Origin: Dipteris shenzhenensis
Lineage: Eukaryota
Assembly (NCBI GenBank): GCA_047967505.1
Contig: CM106538.1
DNA length: 64,000 nucleotides
Reading direction: 5' to 3' (one strand)
The translations under genes and the position numbers were made by a program. Positions 32,756 through 44,869 of this stretch are shown piece by piece; position 1 is the first letter of the stretch; the number at the start of each line of letters is the position of its first letter. A model generated the notes under the pieces. The model ran no database searches. It was given only the letters and a program-made list of their open reading frames with translations, and was not told where the DNA came from.

Positions 32756-33093
32756 TGAAGACTCGGAGCAAAGCAAGGCGTAGAAATAGATAATTTCTTA
32801 TTTTGCATAGAAGAATCTTGATTGCTGGCAAGACCACCTTGGATGACTAGATTAGGTCGTCATTAGCCCCTTAATTGACGTCAATGATGATCCCATCCTT
32901 GTAAGTTGTAACCCTCCTTGGTTTGAACTGAAGACTCGGAGCAAAGCAAGGCGTAGAATTAGAATATTTCTTATTTTGCATAGAAGAATCTTGATTGCTG
33001 GCAAGACCACCTTGGATGACTGGATTAGGTCGTCATTAGCCCCTTAATTGACGTCAATGATAATCCCATCCTTGTAAGTTGTAACCCTCCTTG
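32756..33093. promoter_or_regulatory. Tandem duplication (173-bp period) in the GAPC upstream region; each copy has a perfect TGACGTCA (C-box/CRE)
   Basis: tgaagactcggagcaaagcaaggcgtagaa... at 32756 and 32929; TGACGTCA at 32876-32883 and 33049-33056, inside an attgacgtcaat palindrome. Confidence 0.75.
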
Positions 33094-33356
33094 TCAATCT
33101 TTTGACTTTGAGGTTAGATCTTTACGTCATCACATTGCCACCTTCTCTCAAAACAAGTGGCATTACCTTGAGGCTCAACCGAACATCCCTCACGCACATT
33201 GCACTACCACCTGTTAGAACTGTGGAGCATCTGCAAATTGCAAGCCAAATTGCCATATCCACCTCCCGAAAGTCTAGGGTGCTTGAAAACTTGACATGCT
33301 CTTTAACATAAACAAGGTGAATGATATTTAATCATTCATAAGGCCTGCCCAAGATC

Positions 33357-34008
33357 AAACAAGATGAATTTCATTCATGTGGCCTGCCAAGAGAGAGAAG
33401 AAGAAGGAGAAGAGAGAGAGAGAGAAGAAGGAGAAGAGAGAGAGAGAGAGAGAGAGGCTTGCCCAAAGTGAGAGAGAGAGAGAGAGAGAGAGAGAAATGG
33501 AAGAGGAGAGAGAGGGAATGAATGCACTTCCAAAAAAAGGACACCCAAATTTGAAAGACATGCTCTAAAGTCAACACACCAACCAATCAAAGAATTTGCA
33601 AAAAAAACATGTCTAGAAAATGCTAAAAATGATTTTTGGTTTCTGAAAGTTGAACCTTCACTAAGGCTACCTAAAGGCAGGCCAAAAAGCAAAAAAGAAT
33701 ACACTGGAGATGGTGTGTAGGAAGATTGTAGGAGATAAAGAGAGGAGAGAGAGAGAGAGAGTAGAGAAAAAGGTGGAGGATTCCAAGGGAAAGAAATAGA
33801 AAGTGGGGAGGTGGACCAATCATAAAATTTAGACTTTCACAAAAAGAAATTTCTGAATTTTGGCTTTCACAGAACACACACCGGTCCCTATACCCTTCCC
33901 CACTGGGGCAAGGCAAACAAGATGAATTTCATTCATGTGGTCTACCCTAGATGGTGAGTGGAAAAGGGGGCGCATTGCAAGGTGAAAGAGAGAGAGAGAA
34001 GAAGAAGA

Positions 34009-34054
<46 letters not shown>

Positions 34055-34135
34055 GGGGGAGAGAGAAAAAAGTGGAGGATTTGAAGGGATGAAGAAAAGA
34101 GGAGAGAGAGAGACAGAGAGAGAGAGAGAAAGGTG
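33357..34135. repeat. GA-rich microsatellite region with a diverged duplication
   Basis: aaacaagatgaatttcattcatgtgg at ~33357 and ~33915, each followed by (GA)n. Confidence 0.85.
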
Positions 34136-35814
34136 GAGAATTTCATGGGATTCTCATATGCACCTCCAATCAATGCATGCGAAAAGGCCTGCCCAAAAGA
34201 AATGGGTATTAGAATAAAGCCAGAGAAATGAAACTAAACGATATTGATTTATTAACTCGCTCAACAATTCGAAGCTCATGAAATGTGTAGTGACCCATAC
34301 GGGGCCATTTCGCACAGAAGCCTCTAACATTGGCATTGTCCTCACACTATCCAACTTCTTCACAGAAACTCTTGAGGAGTGAGGTAAAATGCTTCGATGG
34401 ACCGATCCCTCCCACTCCCGATTTTTGGCTAAAACCAATTGTAGCCAATCATAGCTCTTTGAACTTGAACTGCTGCCTCGGATGGTGAGGCTTGGGTCAA
34501 CACATCCTGCTCAACCTCAAGGCATTTTTGTGCCCTTTTCTGATGGACATGCCAAATGTCAAAGAACATAAAGCATTTGGATACTTCAGGGCAATGCACT
34601 AGGTGAGGTCCGATACGTGCATATGTTATAGGACATCCTAGTAAAGAAAATATGCACCCAATTGATTTCTATAGAAAGCAGCTGCACACAAGCAGTTAGC
34701 TGTGCAAGCCTTTGCAATTTTCGAAGTATCAACGATCAGGGTCTCAGTCATGAAATTGTTGGCAAAATACTCTACTTAAGATCTGCTTATCACAGCTTCT
34801 AGTGTTCCATGTCATGGGAAACTAGGGGATGCAACTACTAAAACTCATGGACTGAGAACAGCACACAACCAACGGCAAGAGTAGAAGCAGAAGCTGTTGT
34901 TGCTCCTTCTCCTTCTGCCTGAAAGATATTGTTTCTACTGTAGTTATGCTTCTCTTTGTTCACAGCAGCTTGTTGCCTACAGCGTCTCCTTTAGCACCAT
35001 CTTCACCCCAAAATTGATCTCATAGTTGTCCAATTCGATAGAGGTCTCCCGTCTCGTGTTCTTGGAATTTTTCCTTATGGGCGTCATTGATGCAAAGGCT
35101 TTTGGGCATCATTTCCTCCCCATTTTCCACTCTCTCTTTCATCTTCTGTCCACAACACTAAGCATATGTGATCAGAAGGCAGGCTCAGCATATCTCAAAA
35201 TGTCCTACAGCAAAATGAATGCATAGTAGCAATAGAACTGACCATATAATCTCTTAATCAAAGCAAAAAATGAATTGGCTGTTGACAATTCGATGTGTGG
35301 AAATGGCCTTCTTGGATCACAAAACGCTAGTGATAGAACGTTGAGAAAACTCCTTGCCGAGTAGAGAATGCTAACTTACTCCTCCAAATTGCATGTTGAA
35401 CCACCAAGGAAAATGCCGAGTGAACACAAAACACCAGAATCTCAGCAACGAAGCCCTAGGGACCAACGGATTCTTCAAAGGGTCACAAAACCTACACAAT
35501 TTCTCTATGAATTAGCAACCATTAGAACAACTACACTGGCTCGGACTGTACCCTCAACAAGCTGCCGCATGTCATAAAGCCTCCATACACTATAACTTGT
35601 TGGAGGGGGAGGTCAAGCAAAGGAGTTCAAGCACATGTGAGTGCATGAGATGATAAATAGTCTCTAGGATATTAAGCTACAAAGGAAGCAAGAGGAAATC
35701 GACTAGCGCGCGCGACCAAATAAGCTACATGTAATGCCTGAGAGCCCAACTGTGTGAGAAGAGATGAAGATCAAAGGATTACGATAAGCTTCGCACAAAT
35801 CACCTAACCAAAAA

Positions 35815-36111
35815 CGGCAACTCTACAAGATTTTGCATGTATGATTTTGATCATGTAAACTAGACATTAGGGACCGCATCGATAAATGCAGACACTGGCT
35901 CAGCATGTTTGATACTATAGAGGATGCTACAAAGGCACACGATGCTACTGCTAGAAAAGTTAGGGGAGCCAAAGCACGCACAAACTTCTCTATACCTTCA
36001 TCTGAACCTCTAACTCCATTGAATCTGCTTTCTCAATGGCATGCGGGAATTCTCCAAAATGATGAACTAGTGATTGAAGGGGAAAGCCGAGACGGAGGTA
36101 GCCATGATTAA
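35815..36111 (+). pseudogene. AP2/ERF transcription factor pseudogene fragment
   Basis: From 35863: DIRDRIDKCRHWLSMFDTIEDATKAHDATARKVRGAKARTNFS, matching the AP2 domain (EIRDP..K.RVWLGTFDTAEEAARAYD.AAR..RG.KAKTNF). The N-terminal YRGVR part is decayed with stops. Confidence 0.8.
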
Positions 36112-37996
36112 AGGGGGAGAAAGAGAAAGAGAGCCAAGGATGGAAAGATCTGCCAGAGAGCACGGGGAGGGAAAAAAAAAGAAAGGCCCATGTGGGCATT
36201 ACATGTGTACCAACCAAAGCGGTGCAAAAATTATCCACAAATAATTTAACCAAAATTGTGTATTTTTCTCTTTAAGCTCCAAATGTTTAAACCTTCCCCA
36301 TTGGGGTCAGGCCAAAAAGAGAAATAAAAATAACTAAATACCTTATTTTTCTCTTTGGAGGCCAAACTATTACCAAGGCCTACCCATTGGGGCCAGGCCA
36401 AAAAGAATCGAGAGTCTAAAGTTGCATCTTCAAGAAGGGCTCCCAGCGGCAAAATGGGGATCCTTCCATCTCTGTATACGGGGACCCTCATTCTTTCCCT
36501 TTCCATACCGTACCAACTACTTACACCCACAAATGTATCTACTCACAAGTTTACATAGGAGCGATGAATAAGCAATCCATCTTAAATGACTACAAAAAAT
36601 TAAAAGGAAGGTTGCATGGAAAGGCTTTCTATTTTAGATACACCCTTCCTTATTGAAAAAATTTAAAAGTCAGCTATCATTTGGATCCGACACACATATT
36701 AACATTTTTTTCTAAAAGCCTATGGAAGCATATGGTAGGAGATAAAGAGAATTGGAAGCCTCGAGGTTCATTGGAATAAATAGGTACATCTGGCCAATAT
36801 AGATGAATGGGAAATTGAAGTTGCCAAAGGCATTGTGGGTTTTTACTCCAATGGAAGAAAGGTATTCCAAAAGTGTGATTGCAAGCATGAAAATTGGCAC
36901 AAGATGCTACTTGGTGTGCTTCATATTTTCATGATTAAGCACATCTAAATATTATCCTCTACATATATATTAATACATTGTCTTGCAACATTATTGCTTC
37001 CAATAGAAATTCGGGTTTGCTTAACAGAGTCCAGTTGCCATCAATAAGATATGCACTATCATGAGGTGTGCATCCCAAAATCATGATCCATCATTGAATT
37101 GTTTTTGTTTTCTTCCATGTACATAATTGTGCTTCTAAATATCTTGAGGATATTTTAGGTTGATATCATCAAAGTAGATTTGCAAAGTAATCAATCAAGC
37201 AAATGAGAATTTCCCATTGTCATTGCACACTAGTTTCTCAAGGAACAATTTTACATATATGTGTCTAAAACCATTTTTTTGTGTCGATGCTCATTAGGGA
37301 AGAACACAATGCACCCCTGCATTTGTTTCTTGAGAATACTCACAAATCAACGGATGCATATTCCCACTATGCTTGCTCCTCGAGAATCGCAGAGAATGTT
37401 CAAATGAAATGTTTTAACAAAATGAACATATGAAGGAATTGTGCAAATCTATGGATATATTTCTTGGAGTGTTTCATGAAAGCGTTGAAAGGGCTTGTGA
37501 GTCGAATGAATCGAAGTTTTATGTCACAAAGTTTCTCATGCAATGGAATCCCTCAGTATCTCAACTCTGGGTTGATAAGGATGATCAAAATTGAAGGAAA
37601 TATGGCACAAGGGAAAGGCAAGCAAAGGAAAATGACTATTGCATTGGAGTTAAATGTCAACACATTTTGTCTCAATAACTACGAGGGAATGGGGAAATAA
37701 ATTGAAAGATGAAAAGAGGCATAGAAAGAAAACAACAAGGAGATAGAAAAGCTTTTAGAAAAAAAATAGAAGGGTTAGAATCTAGAAGATCTATGTCTGT
37801 TTCCAAGGAAATGCGCAATTACAAAGGCATGTTAGAGGGGAGTGATTGTGAGTGGTAGGGAATAAGAAATTGCGAAGGGTTGAGAGCTTCACAGAGCAAT
37901 CTCCTCCTTTTATGGTTTTCATGATGAGAAGTTGGAAATAGCATTGATTTCCTTGAAATACTAATTTTTCTTTTGATTTCATCTTTAGTATATTTT

Positions 37997-40900
37997 TGTA
38001 AGAAAATAATACAACGTCTGTGCTCAACAGATAACAGGATCTCGTACGCAAGAGAGAAAACAAGATGGTATGGAGATTCAACAATTTGACTATTGTAGAA
38101 CTGATACAATAGATGGCGCTGCCTCCCAACCGTGCGCTCCTGTGAAAGAAGCTTTGATGGTGTGCTGGAAACAGTAGAAGACAGAGGCTTGATGCCAAGG
38201 AATCAGGGTTGCTGTAGCCACTGATGAAATGGGCTTCACGGGCTTGCTCTTATATAGCCACCAGTCGTAGTCGGTTAGGCTCAATTGGGTGACCGACCCA
38301 GTCTGCCCAAAACGGTCGACCACCGACCATACGATAGAACCGGTGCGCAAAACAGAGCAACCATACGATAGAACCATTCGGCCCAGAGCCATACGGGACA
38401 TAACCAAGCTACTCAAATGCCTTCTCCTCATATGGGGGGCTTATAAGTAGAGTTAGCTGGTTCCCGTGCAGTTACACGAGAGTGGAGCATTGATATCTAA
38501 CACCCCCCCTCAATGTCCACCCACAAGTGAACTTACTTTTTCGGCCCAATGCCAAGTCGATGAAGATGCCTCTCCAGCAAGTCTCTTCCAAGAGCCTTCA
38601 TGAAGATGTCCGCAGCATTCTCTGTAGTCGGATAGTACACCAAGTCGACCTCTCCATCCATGATGAGCTCGCGTACAAAGTGATATTGAATCTCAATGTG
38701 TTTCGTGCGAGCGTGGAACACCGGGTTCTTTGCAATCGCCATGCAACTCTGATTGTCACATGATAACTGCGTAGGCTTATTCTGCACTGCACCCATGTCC
38801 CCCAAAATCCTCCTCAACCACATTGCCTCGCAAGAAGCAAAGCATGCAGATTTGTATTGGGCCTCGGTAGAAGAAAGAGCAACTGTGGGTTGCTTCTTGC
38901 TGACCCATGACACAACTCCAGATCCAAGTGAGAAACAGTACCCTGTCACTGATCTCTTGCTGTCCACGTCTCCTGCCCAATCCGAGTCACAAAATCCGGT
39001 CAAGATGTTGCCCTTGGTACAGGTGATGCCATAATCAAGTGTGCCTTTGATGTATTTCAGCACCCGCATCCCTGCCTGCCAATGGTTCTCCCGAGGCTTA
39101 TTGGAAAACCTCCTTAGTACACCAGTCGCAAAACTGATGTCCGGCCATGTGTTGCACAGGTAAATCAAGTTGCCCACAAGCCTTCTGTACTTTGCTTCAT
39201 CCACCAGTGGTGATGAATCCTCATTTGAGAGCTTCGCGTCAACCTCCATAGGGGTACCAGCTGTCTTGCACTCAGCCATGCCAAATGCCTTCAGTATCTC
39301 TCCAGCATACTTCAGCTGTAAAATGAAGATCTGTTTCGGCTCCTGCCAAACTTCAATCCCCAAACAAAAAGGCATCGGTCCGAGGTCTATCATTTCAAAC
39401 TCTTTTCCTAGCAAATGCTTCGTCTACGAGATCTTCTCTTCATGGTTCCCTGTTATGACAAGGTCATCCACATAAAGGACCACGATCATACACCTGTCTC
39501 CTTCTCTGAAGATATACAAATTTGCATCAGATGAGCTCATCCTGAACCCGTTTTGCAAAAAGTAGGCATCAATGCGCTAGTACCACGCTCGTGGGGCCTA
39601 TTTCAGCTCGTAAAGTGCCTTCTTCAGTTTGCAGACTTTACCTTCTGAACTGGGGATCTCAAAACCTGGTGGTTGTTCCACGTATACCTCCTCCTTGAGA
39701 TCTCCATTCAGAAAGTCGGATTTCACATCCATCTGAAACACAGGCCAACTTCCCTGGGCAGCTAAAGCCAAAACACTGCAAATTGTGGTTAGTCGAGCTG
39801 TGGGAGCAAAAGTATCTTGATAATCAAAACCATGTACTTGTGCAAATCCTTTTGCCACGAGCCGAGCCTTGTACTTATCCAACATGCCGTCGGACTTGTA
39901 TTTGGTCTTGTACACCCACTTGATTCCAATTACCTTGCGTTTTGGTGGTCGATCCACAAGGTCCCAAGTGTTGTTCTTCATTATGGAGCCATACTCCGAC
40001 TGCATAGCCTCCATCCACCTATCATCGCCCTGTGCCTCTTCAAGACACTTGGGTTCATCAGCACGGATCACTTCTGTCATCAAAGCATAGTTGACCAAGT
40101 GTTTTTGCGCCCTTCTTTGCTCCTCTAATCTCTTGGACCGGCGGTGTTCGGATGGTTCCTCCTCAATGGCTGGAGGTTCTCTGCCGTCCAAAAGCTGCTT
40201 TACCCACTTCGGGAATGGCCATTGCCGTTGTGGTTCTGTAGGCTCTTCTTCATCTTCTTTGTCTTGAATCCTCCCAAGCACCATTGGGGGAGTTCGGTCT
40301 GCTATTGGTGGCAGTACTGGATGGATATCCTGGTCCTGGTTGTCTAGGAAGGAAGCATCCTCCTCCAATTGATGCGGCTGTTCTGAGAAGACCACATCGC
40401 GACTTACAATTACCTTCTTGGTAACAGGGTTATAGAGACGGTAACCCTTCACCTCTTCACTGTAGCCCAAAAAAATACACTTCCCGCTCTTCGGTTCCCA
40501 TTTGGTCCTGGTAGCATCAGGGACATGCACAAAACAGTCACATCCAAAAACTCTGAAATGTGCAGCTGAAGGTTTCTTACCAAAAAAGGCTTATAGTGGA
40601 GTCATCCCATTCACAGCCTTCCTGTAGCTACAATTCAGGATGTAAACTACAATGTTACATGCTTCAGCCCAGAAAGTCTTTGGCAAATCTTTCCCTTTCA
40701 TCATACTCTGGCCCATTTCGCAGATGATGTGCATCTTGCGTTCTGCTACTCCATTTTGCTGTGATGTATGTGGCGGGGGTTTCTGCCTCTTGATTCCGTG
40801 ACTTTTGCAGTAACTTTCGAATTCAGTCGATGTGAACTCTCAACCTCTGTCTGATCTCAGCTTCTTCACCTTCCTCCCCGATTCTTTATCGACCATTACA

Positions 40901-43384
40901 TGCCATTCCTTGAACCTACTGAAAGCCTCGTCTTTTGTCTTCAGGAAGTATATCCATATCCTTCTACTGTAGTCATCGATCAGCGTCATGAAGTAGAAGG
41001 AACCACCCAAAGCTTCCGTCTCCATCTTTCCGCAGAGGTCCGTGTGAACAAGCTCTAGAGGAGCCTTTGCTCTGCTGGCCTCTTTAGGAAAGGGCTGCCG
41101 ATGCTGCTTGCCCATCATGCAAGTTTCACATACATCGAGCAGATCTAAAATTTCTGGTAGGTCTGCAAATCATTCCACTTTTATGCATCTCCTTCAAAGA
41201 ACTAAGGTTTAGATGACCAAACCTCTCATGCCACAGCTTAGTGTTCTTCACATCCGCTCGAGCACTGAAAGCTGAGAGTTCATTAATGTTGTTGCGCTGT
41301 GTACCTTTACCAATGACCTTCCCTTGAAGATCCAGAATCTGTGCACCATTCTTATCGACTTTGAGGTCCCGATCCGTGATCGCGAAAATGGACAACAAGT
41401 TCCTCTTGATATCTGGCACATAAAGAACATCGAACAACTGTTTTACAACTCCATCTGACTTGAGAGCAATCGTACCTTTTCCTTTTGCTGGACATTTTGC
41501 ATCATTGCCGACTGCTACCAGGATGTCATTCCCTACCAGCTGTAGAGAGGTATACCAATCCTTCCGACTGGTCATGTGGCGCGATGCACCACTGTCAATG
41601 ATCCACGGTTCATCCATAGGTACATGAACTGCCTCCGTGCAAATCTCCTCAATTGCGACAAACAGCTCTACTGGTACTGCTTGCGCACTGTTGCTGGACT
41701 CTTTCTTTACTCCGTTCTTCTCATCTGCAATCTTCTTTCGGCACTCATTCTGCTTGTGCCCTGCCTTGTTGCAATAGAAGCACTTGATCTTCTTCTTTCT
41801 CTTTTTATCATCAGAAGAAGATGGGTTACCGGAGTCCTTACCCTTACCTTTCTTTGATCTGGTCCAGAAAGCCGAATCTTCTCCAGTCCTCGTCTTTTGA
41901 TGCATCTCCTCCTCTAGAAGCATTGCGTTGAAATCCTCAAAGTTGAGGGGCGGATTTCTGTTCTGCATATTCAGTGCCGTAACAAGACCGTCGTACGTTG
42001 GTGGGAGAATTCGTATGCACCTTCATGCTAGATTCTTGCTAGTGATGGTGATGCCAATCGCGGTCATCTGATCGCACAGATTCTTCACCCTAGTGATGAA
42101 CTTCTCTGTCGCTTCAGACTCAGACAACTTCTCGTTTGCGAGTTGAGTCTCTAGATTCTAAATCCGCGTCTGATTTGTGGTCTCGTACTGATTTTTCAAG
42201 ACCATCCATGCCTCCTCCGCTATGGTGACATGTTGAATTAACGCCATGACGGAATTACTAACACTGCAGACAATAGAACACAGTGCATTTGTATTTCTTC
42301 TTATCCACGCGAGAATCCCATCCGTAGTTGGTACTATCTGTTGTCCTGCATTGGCTGGATCCGGTCTCGCAACCGACCTCACGTCCACCCCAGTAGCAAT
42401 GTCCCAAAGCTCGTATGTGCTTAGGATGGTCTTCATCTTGAACTTTCAGAGTGGATAGTTAGAGCCGTCCAACTTTTCGCTTTCGCTGAACGGTGGGATT
42501 CGCAGTCTTGCGGGCTGGGCCATCTCTCACAATCTGCTCGCAAACAGAAAACACACTACCAAATCTTCTTGCTAGAGTCTAAGCTCTAATACCATGTAAG
42601 AAAAAAATACAACGTCTATGCTCAATAGATAACAGGATCTCATATGCAAGAGAGAAAACAAGATAGTATGAAGAATCAAAAATTTGATTACTGTAGAACT
42701 GATACAATAGATGGCGATGCCTCTCAACCGTGCGCTCCTGCGAAAGAAGCTTCGATGGCATGCTGGAAACAGTAGAAGACCGCGTCTGTCTGTTCTGTGG
42801 TGCGCGTCTACAAGCACGTCTAAAACCGTGTCTGATCTGTGTGGATGCTAAGGAATCAGGGTTGCTGTAGCCAGTGATGAAATGGGCTTCATGGGCTTGC
42901 TCTTATATAGCCACTAGTCATAGTCGATTAGGCTCAATTGGGTGACCAACCCAGTCCGCCCAAAACAGTCGACTGGGGGTCGATCCCGAAATAGGCCACC
43001 GACCATATGATAGAACCGGTGCGCAAAACAGAGCAACTAACCTACAATATATGTTCGGCCCAGAGCTATCCAAGATCATTTGAGGCTCCAAACGGGCCTC
43101 GCAACCCGAGAGTGGGCTATCGCGAAAAATGCCCCATCTACCCTCAGTGCGGTTAGTCAAGGGATGCCTTCCCGCACTTGCATGTAGCCTAGTTGGTGGT
43201 GTGCCAACTCTATCTAAAGTCGTCCAGCCATCAGGCCACACATGGCCCCCATCTGGTGTCCAACAAACCAGGACCTACCGGATAACCGAGCTACTCAAAT
43301 GCCTTCTCCTCATATGGGGGGCTTACAAGTAGAGTTAGCTGGTTCCCGTGTAGTTACACAAGAGTGGAGCATTGATATCTAACA
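37997..43384 (-). mobile_element. Full-length Ty1/copia LTR retrotransposon A (disrupted ORF)
   Basis: TG...CA LTRs at 42595-43384 (5') and 37997-38502 (3', internally deleted); TSD ATTTT (37992-37996, 43385-43389); Met-tRNA PBS tggtattagagc next to 42594; PPT 38503-38511; domain order gag-PR-IN-RT-RH. Confidence 0.97.
38533..42522 (-). pseudogene. gag-pol of copia A with stops and frameshifts
   Basis: Zn knuckle CFYCNKAGHKQNEC; protease WIIDSGASRHM; LWHERFGH; integrase LELVHTDLCG...LRSDRG; RT KARLVAKGF, QMDVKS; RNase H FCDSDWAGD, HARTKHI. Confidence 0.93.
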
Positions 43385-43438
43385 ATTTTGTTCAATGTAA
43401 TTTGGTCACACAGGCATCACTTTTGCATAGAGATGTTT

Positions 43439-44160
43439 TGAAACCAAAAGGTAGTTCTTTTCACACAAATTCACCACTTAATCAATTGGAGAAGAAGAAC
43501 ACAATCACACCACGAAAACGACAATAGACTAGGTACAATCTCCCCCCCCAGATGAGTGGCTCACGCTTTCTCATCTAGAGTATTTATGATATTTCATAAA
43601 AACACCAAGGAGCCAAAATTATCCCCCTCTTCCAAAATGAGGGATTTGCTTTACATAGCCATCTTAGGGCCCAAAAATGAATTATGTCCACTACAAAATA
43701 TATTGCTTAAAACTTCCAATAATAAAGCAAATACAAAATTGGCCCATGGCCATATATAATGCGCTATGCGACACCTCGATCGGTACCCTCGCACTAACTC
43801 CAATCCTCGCTATGAGTTCCATCACCTGTACTCAGGCTGCCAATTACGTTAGTTATTAACAATCGATTGAACGAATCACCGAATCAACCGATCCCAACAT
43901 AACCACACTCAAAGAACAATAATCAAGCACAACACCAATAACACTAGCGACATCAATATTAACATGGAATCACCCACAATACCGACCATCTAGCATGGCA
44001 AAACACAATCTAGTCAGGCATCCCCAACTAACCACACAAAGTATCCACTAGGACCCCCGTCGCATCCGGTGCGCTCCTATGGAGTACTTTGCCATAGTCA
44101 CACTTGACTAAAATAATAATATCCAAAGCAAGATATATGAGAAATATAATTTTCGCAACA
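43439..44160 (-). mobile_element. Gypsy B LTR, inverted copy
   Basis: Reverse complement of LTR 47167-47890 (TGTTRCGAAA...GGTTTCA). Confidence 0.92.
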
Positions 44161-44869
44161 TAGAACCTTAGCAAAGCTAAACCTAGAGTCTTTCCCATCT
44201 AACTATAAGGTCAAAGCTGCTTTTAGCAAAACAAAGTACAATTGCACAAGAGAAGTCAAGAATCTTGAAATCTCAATCAAACCCTACAAGGATAGATGAG
44301 ACTTTCTAGTGGCACCCTTATAGGGAGTGAACATCATCTTAGGAATGCCATGGAGGCATCAATATAATCCTAAGATAGATTACAATTCACATCAGATGTG
44401 GATTGAGAAGGATAGACAAGAAATATGTCTGAAAAGCTCAATAAAACCTGAGATCCAGTCCTTTACTCAGCCACACACAAGCCTCTAAGAAACAATTAGA
44501 AAACTGAGAAAGAAATTTTTGGTGGGTAGGCTTAGTGTTTGGCTGAATAGCCATTACCGTATTCACCAAAATCAGATGTGTCTTCTCACGTTTCCTAATT
44601 GCTCTTTTGGCTACTTCGTCATCAATTAGCTAGAACAAAAGGAAATTCAAAAGCAAGTGGAGGAACTGATAGAGAGAGGATTGATAACCTAGCAGTTCTC
44701 CTTATGGAGCACCTGTCTTATTAGTTAAAAAGAAAAATGGAACCTATCGAATGTGCATAGACTATCGTGCACTAAACAAAATCACAGTGAAGAACAAATA
44801 TCCAATCCCTAGGATTGATGATCTTTTGGACAAATTGAAAGGGGCCAAGGTCTTCAGTAAGATAGATTC
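44161..44869 (+). pseudogene. Ty3/gypsy protease C-terminus and RT N-terminus fragment
   Basis: [74 protein letters not shown]. Confidence 0.9.

Noticed and set aside
32596-32808. Possible plastid transit-peptide exon (GAPCp)
   Set aside because: The ATG-G|GT micro-exon at 32595-32592 joins in frame to GSTGKVKVGING, the cytosolic GAPC layout; the upstream sequence looks like a pyrimidine-rich 5' UTR.
36560-37990. Possible ancient gag/protease debris
   Set aside because: The motifs are too decayed to assign by eye.
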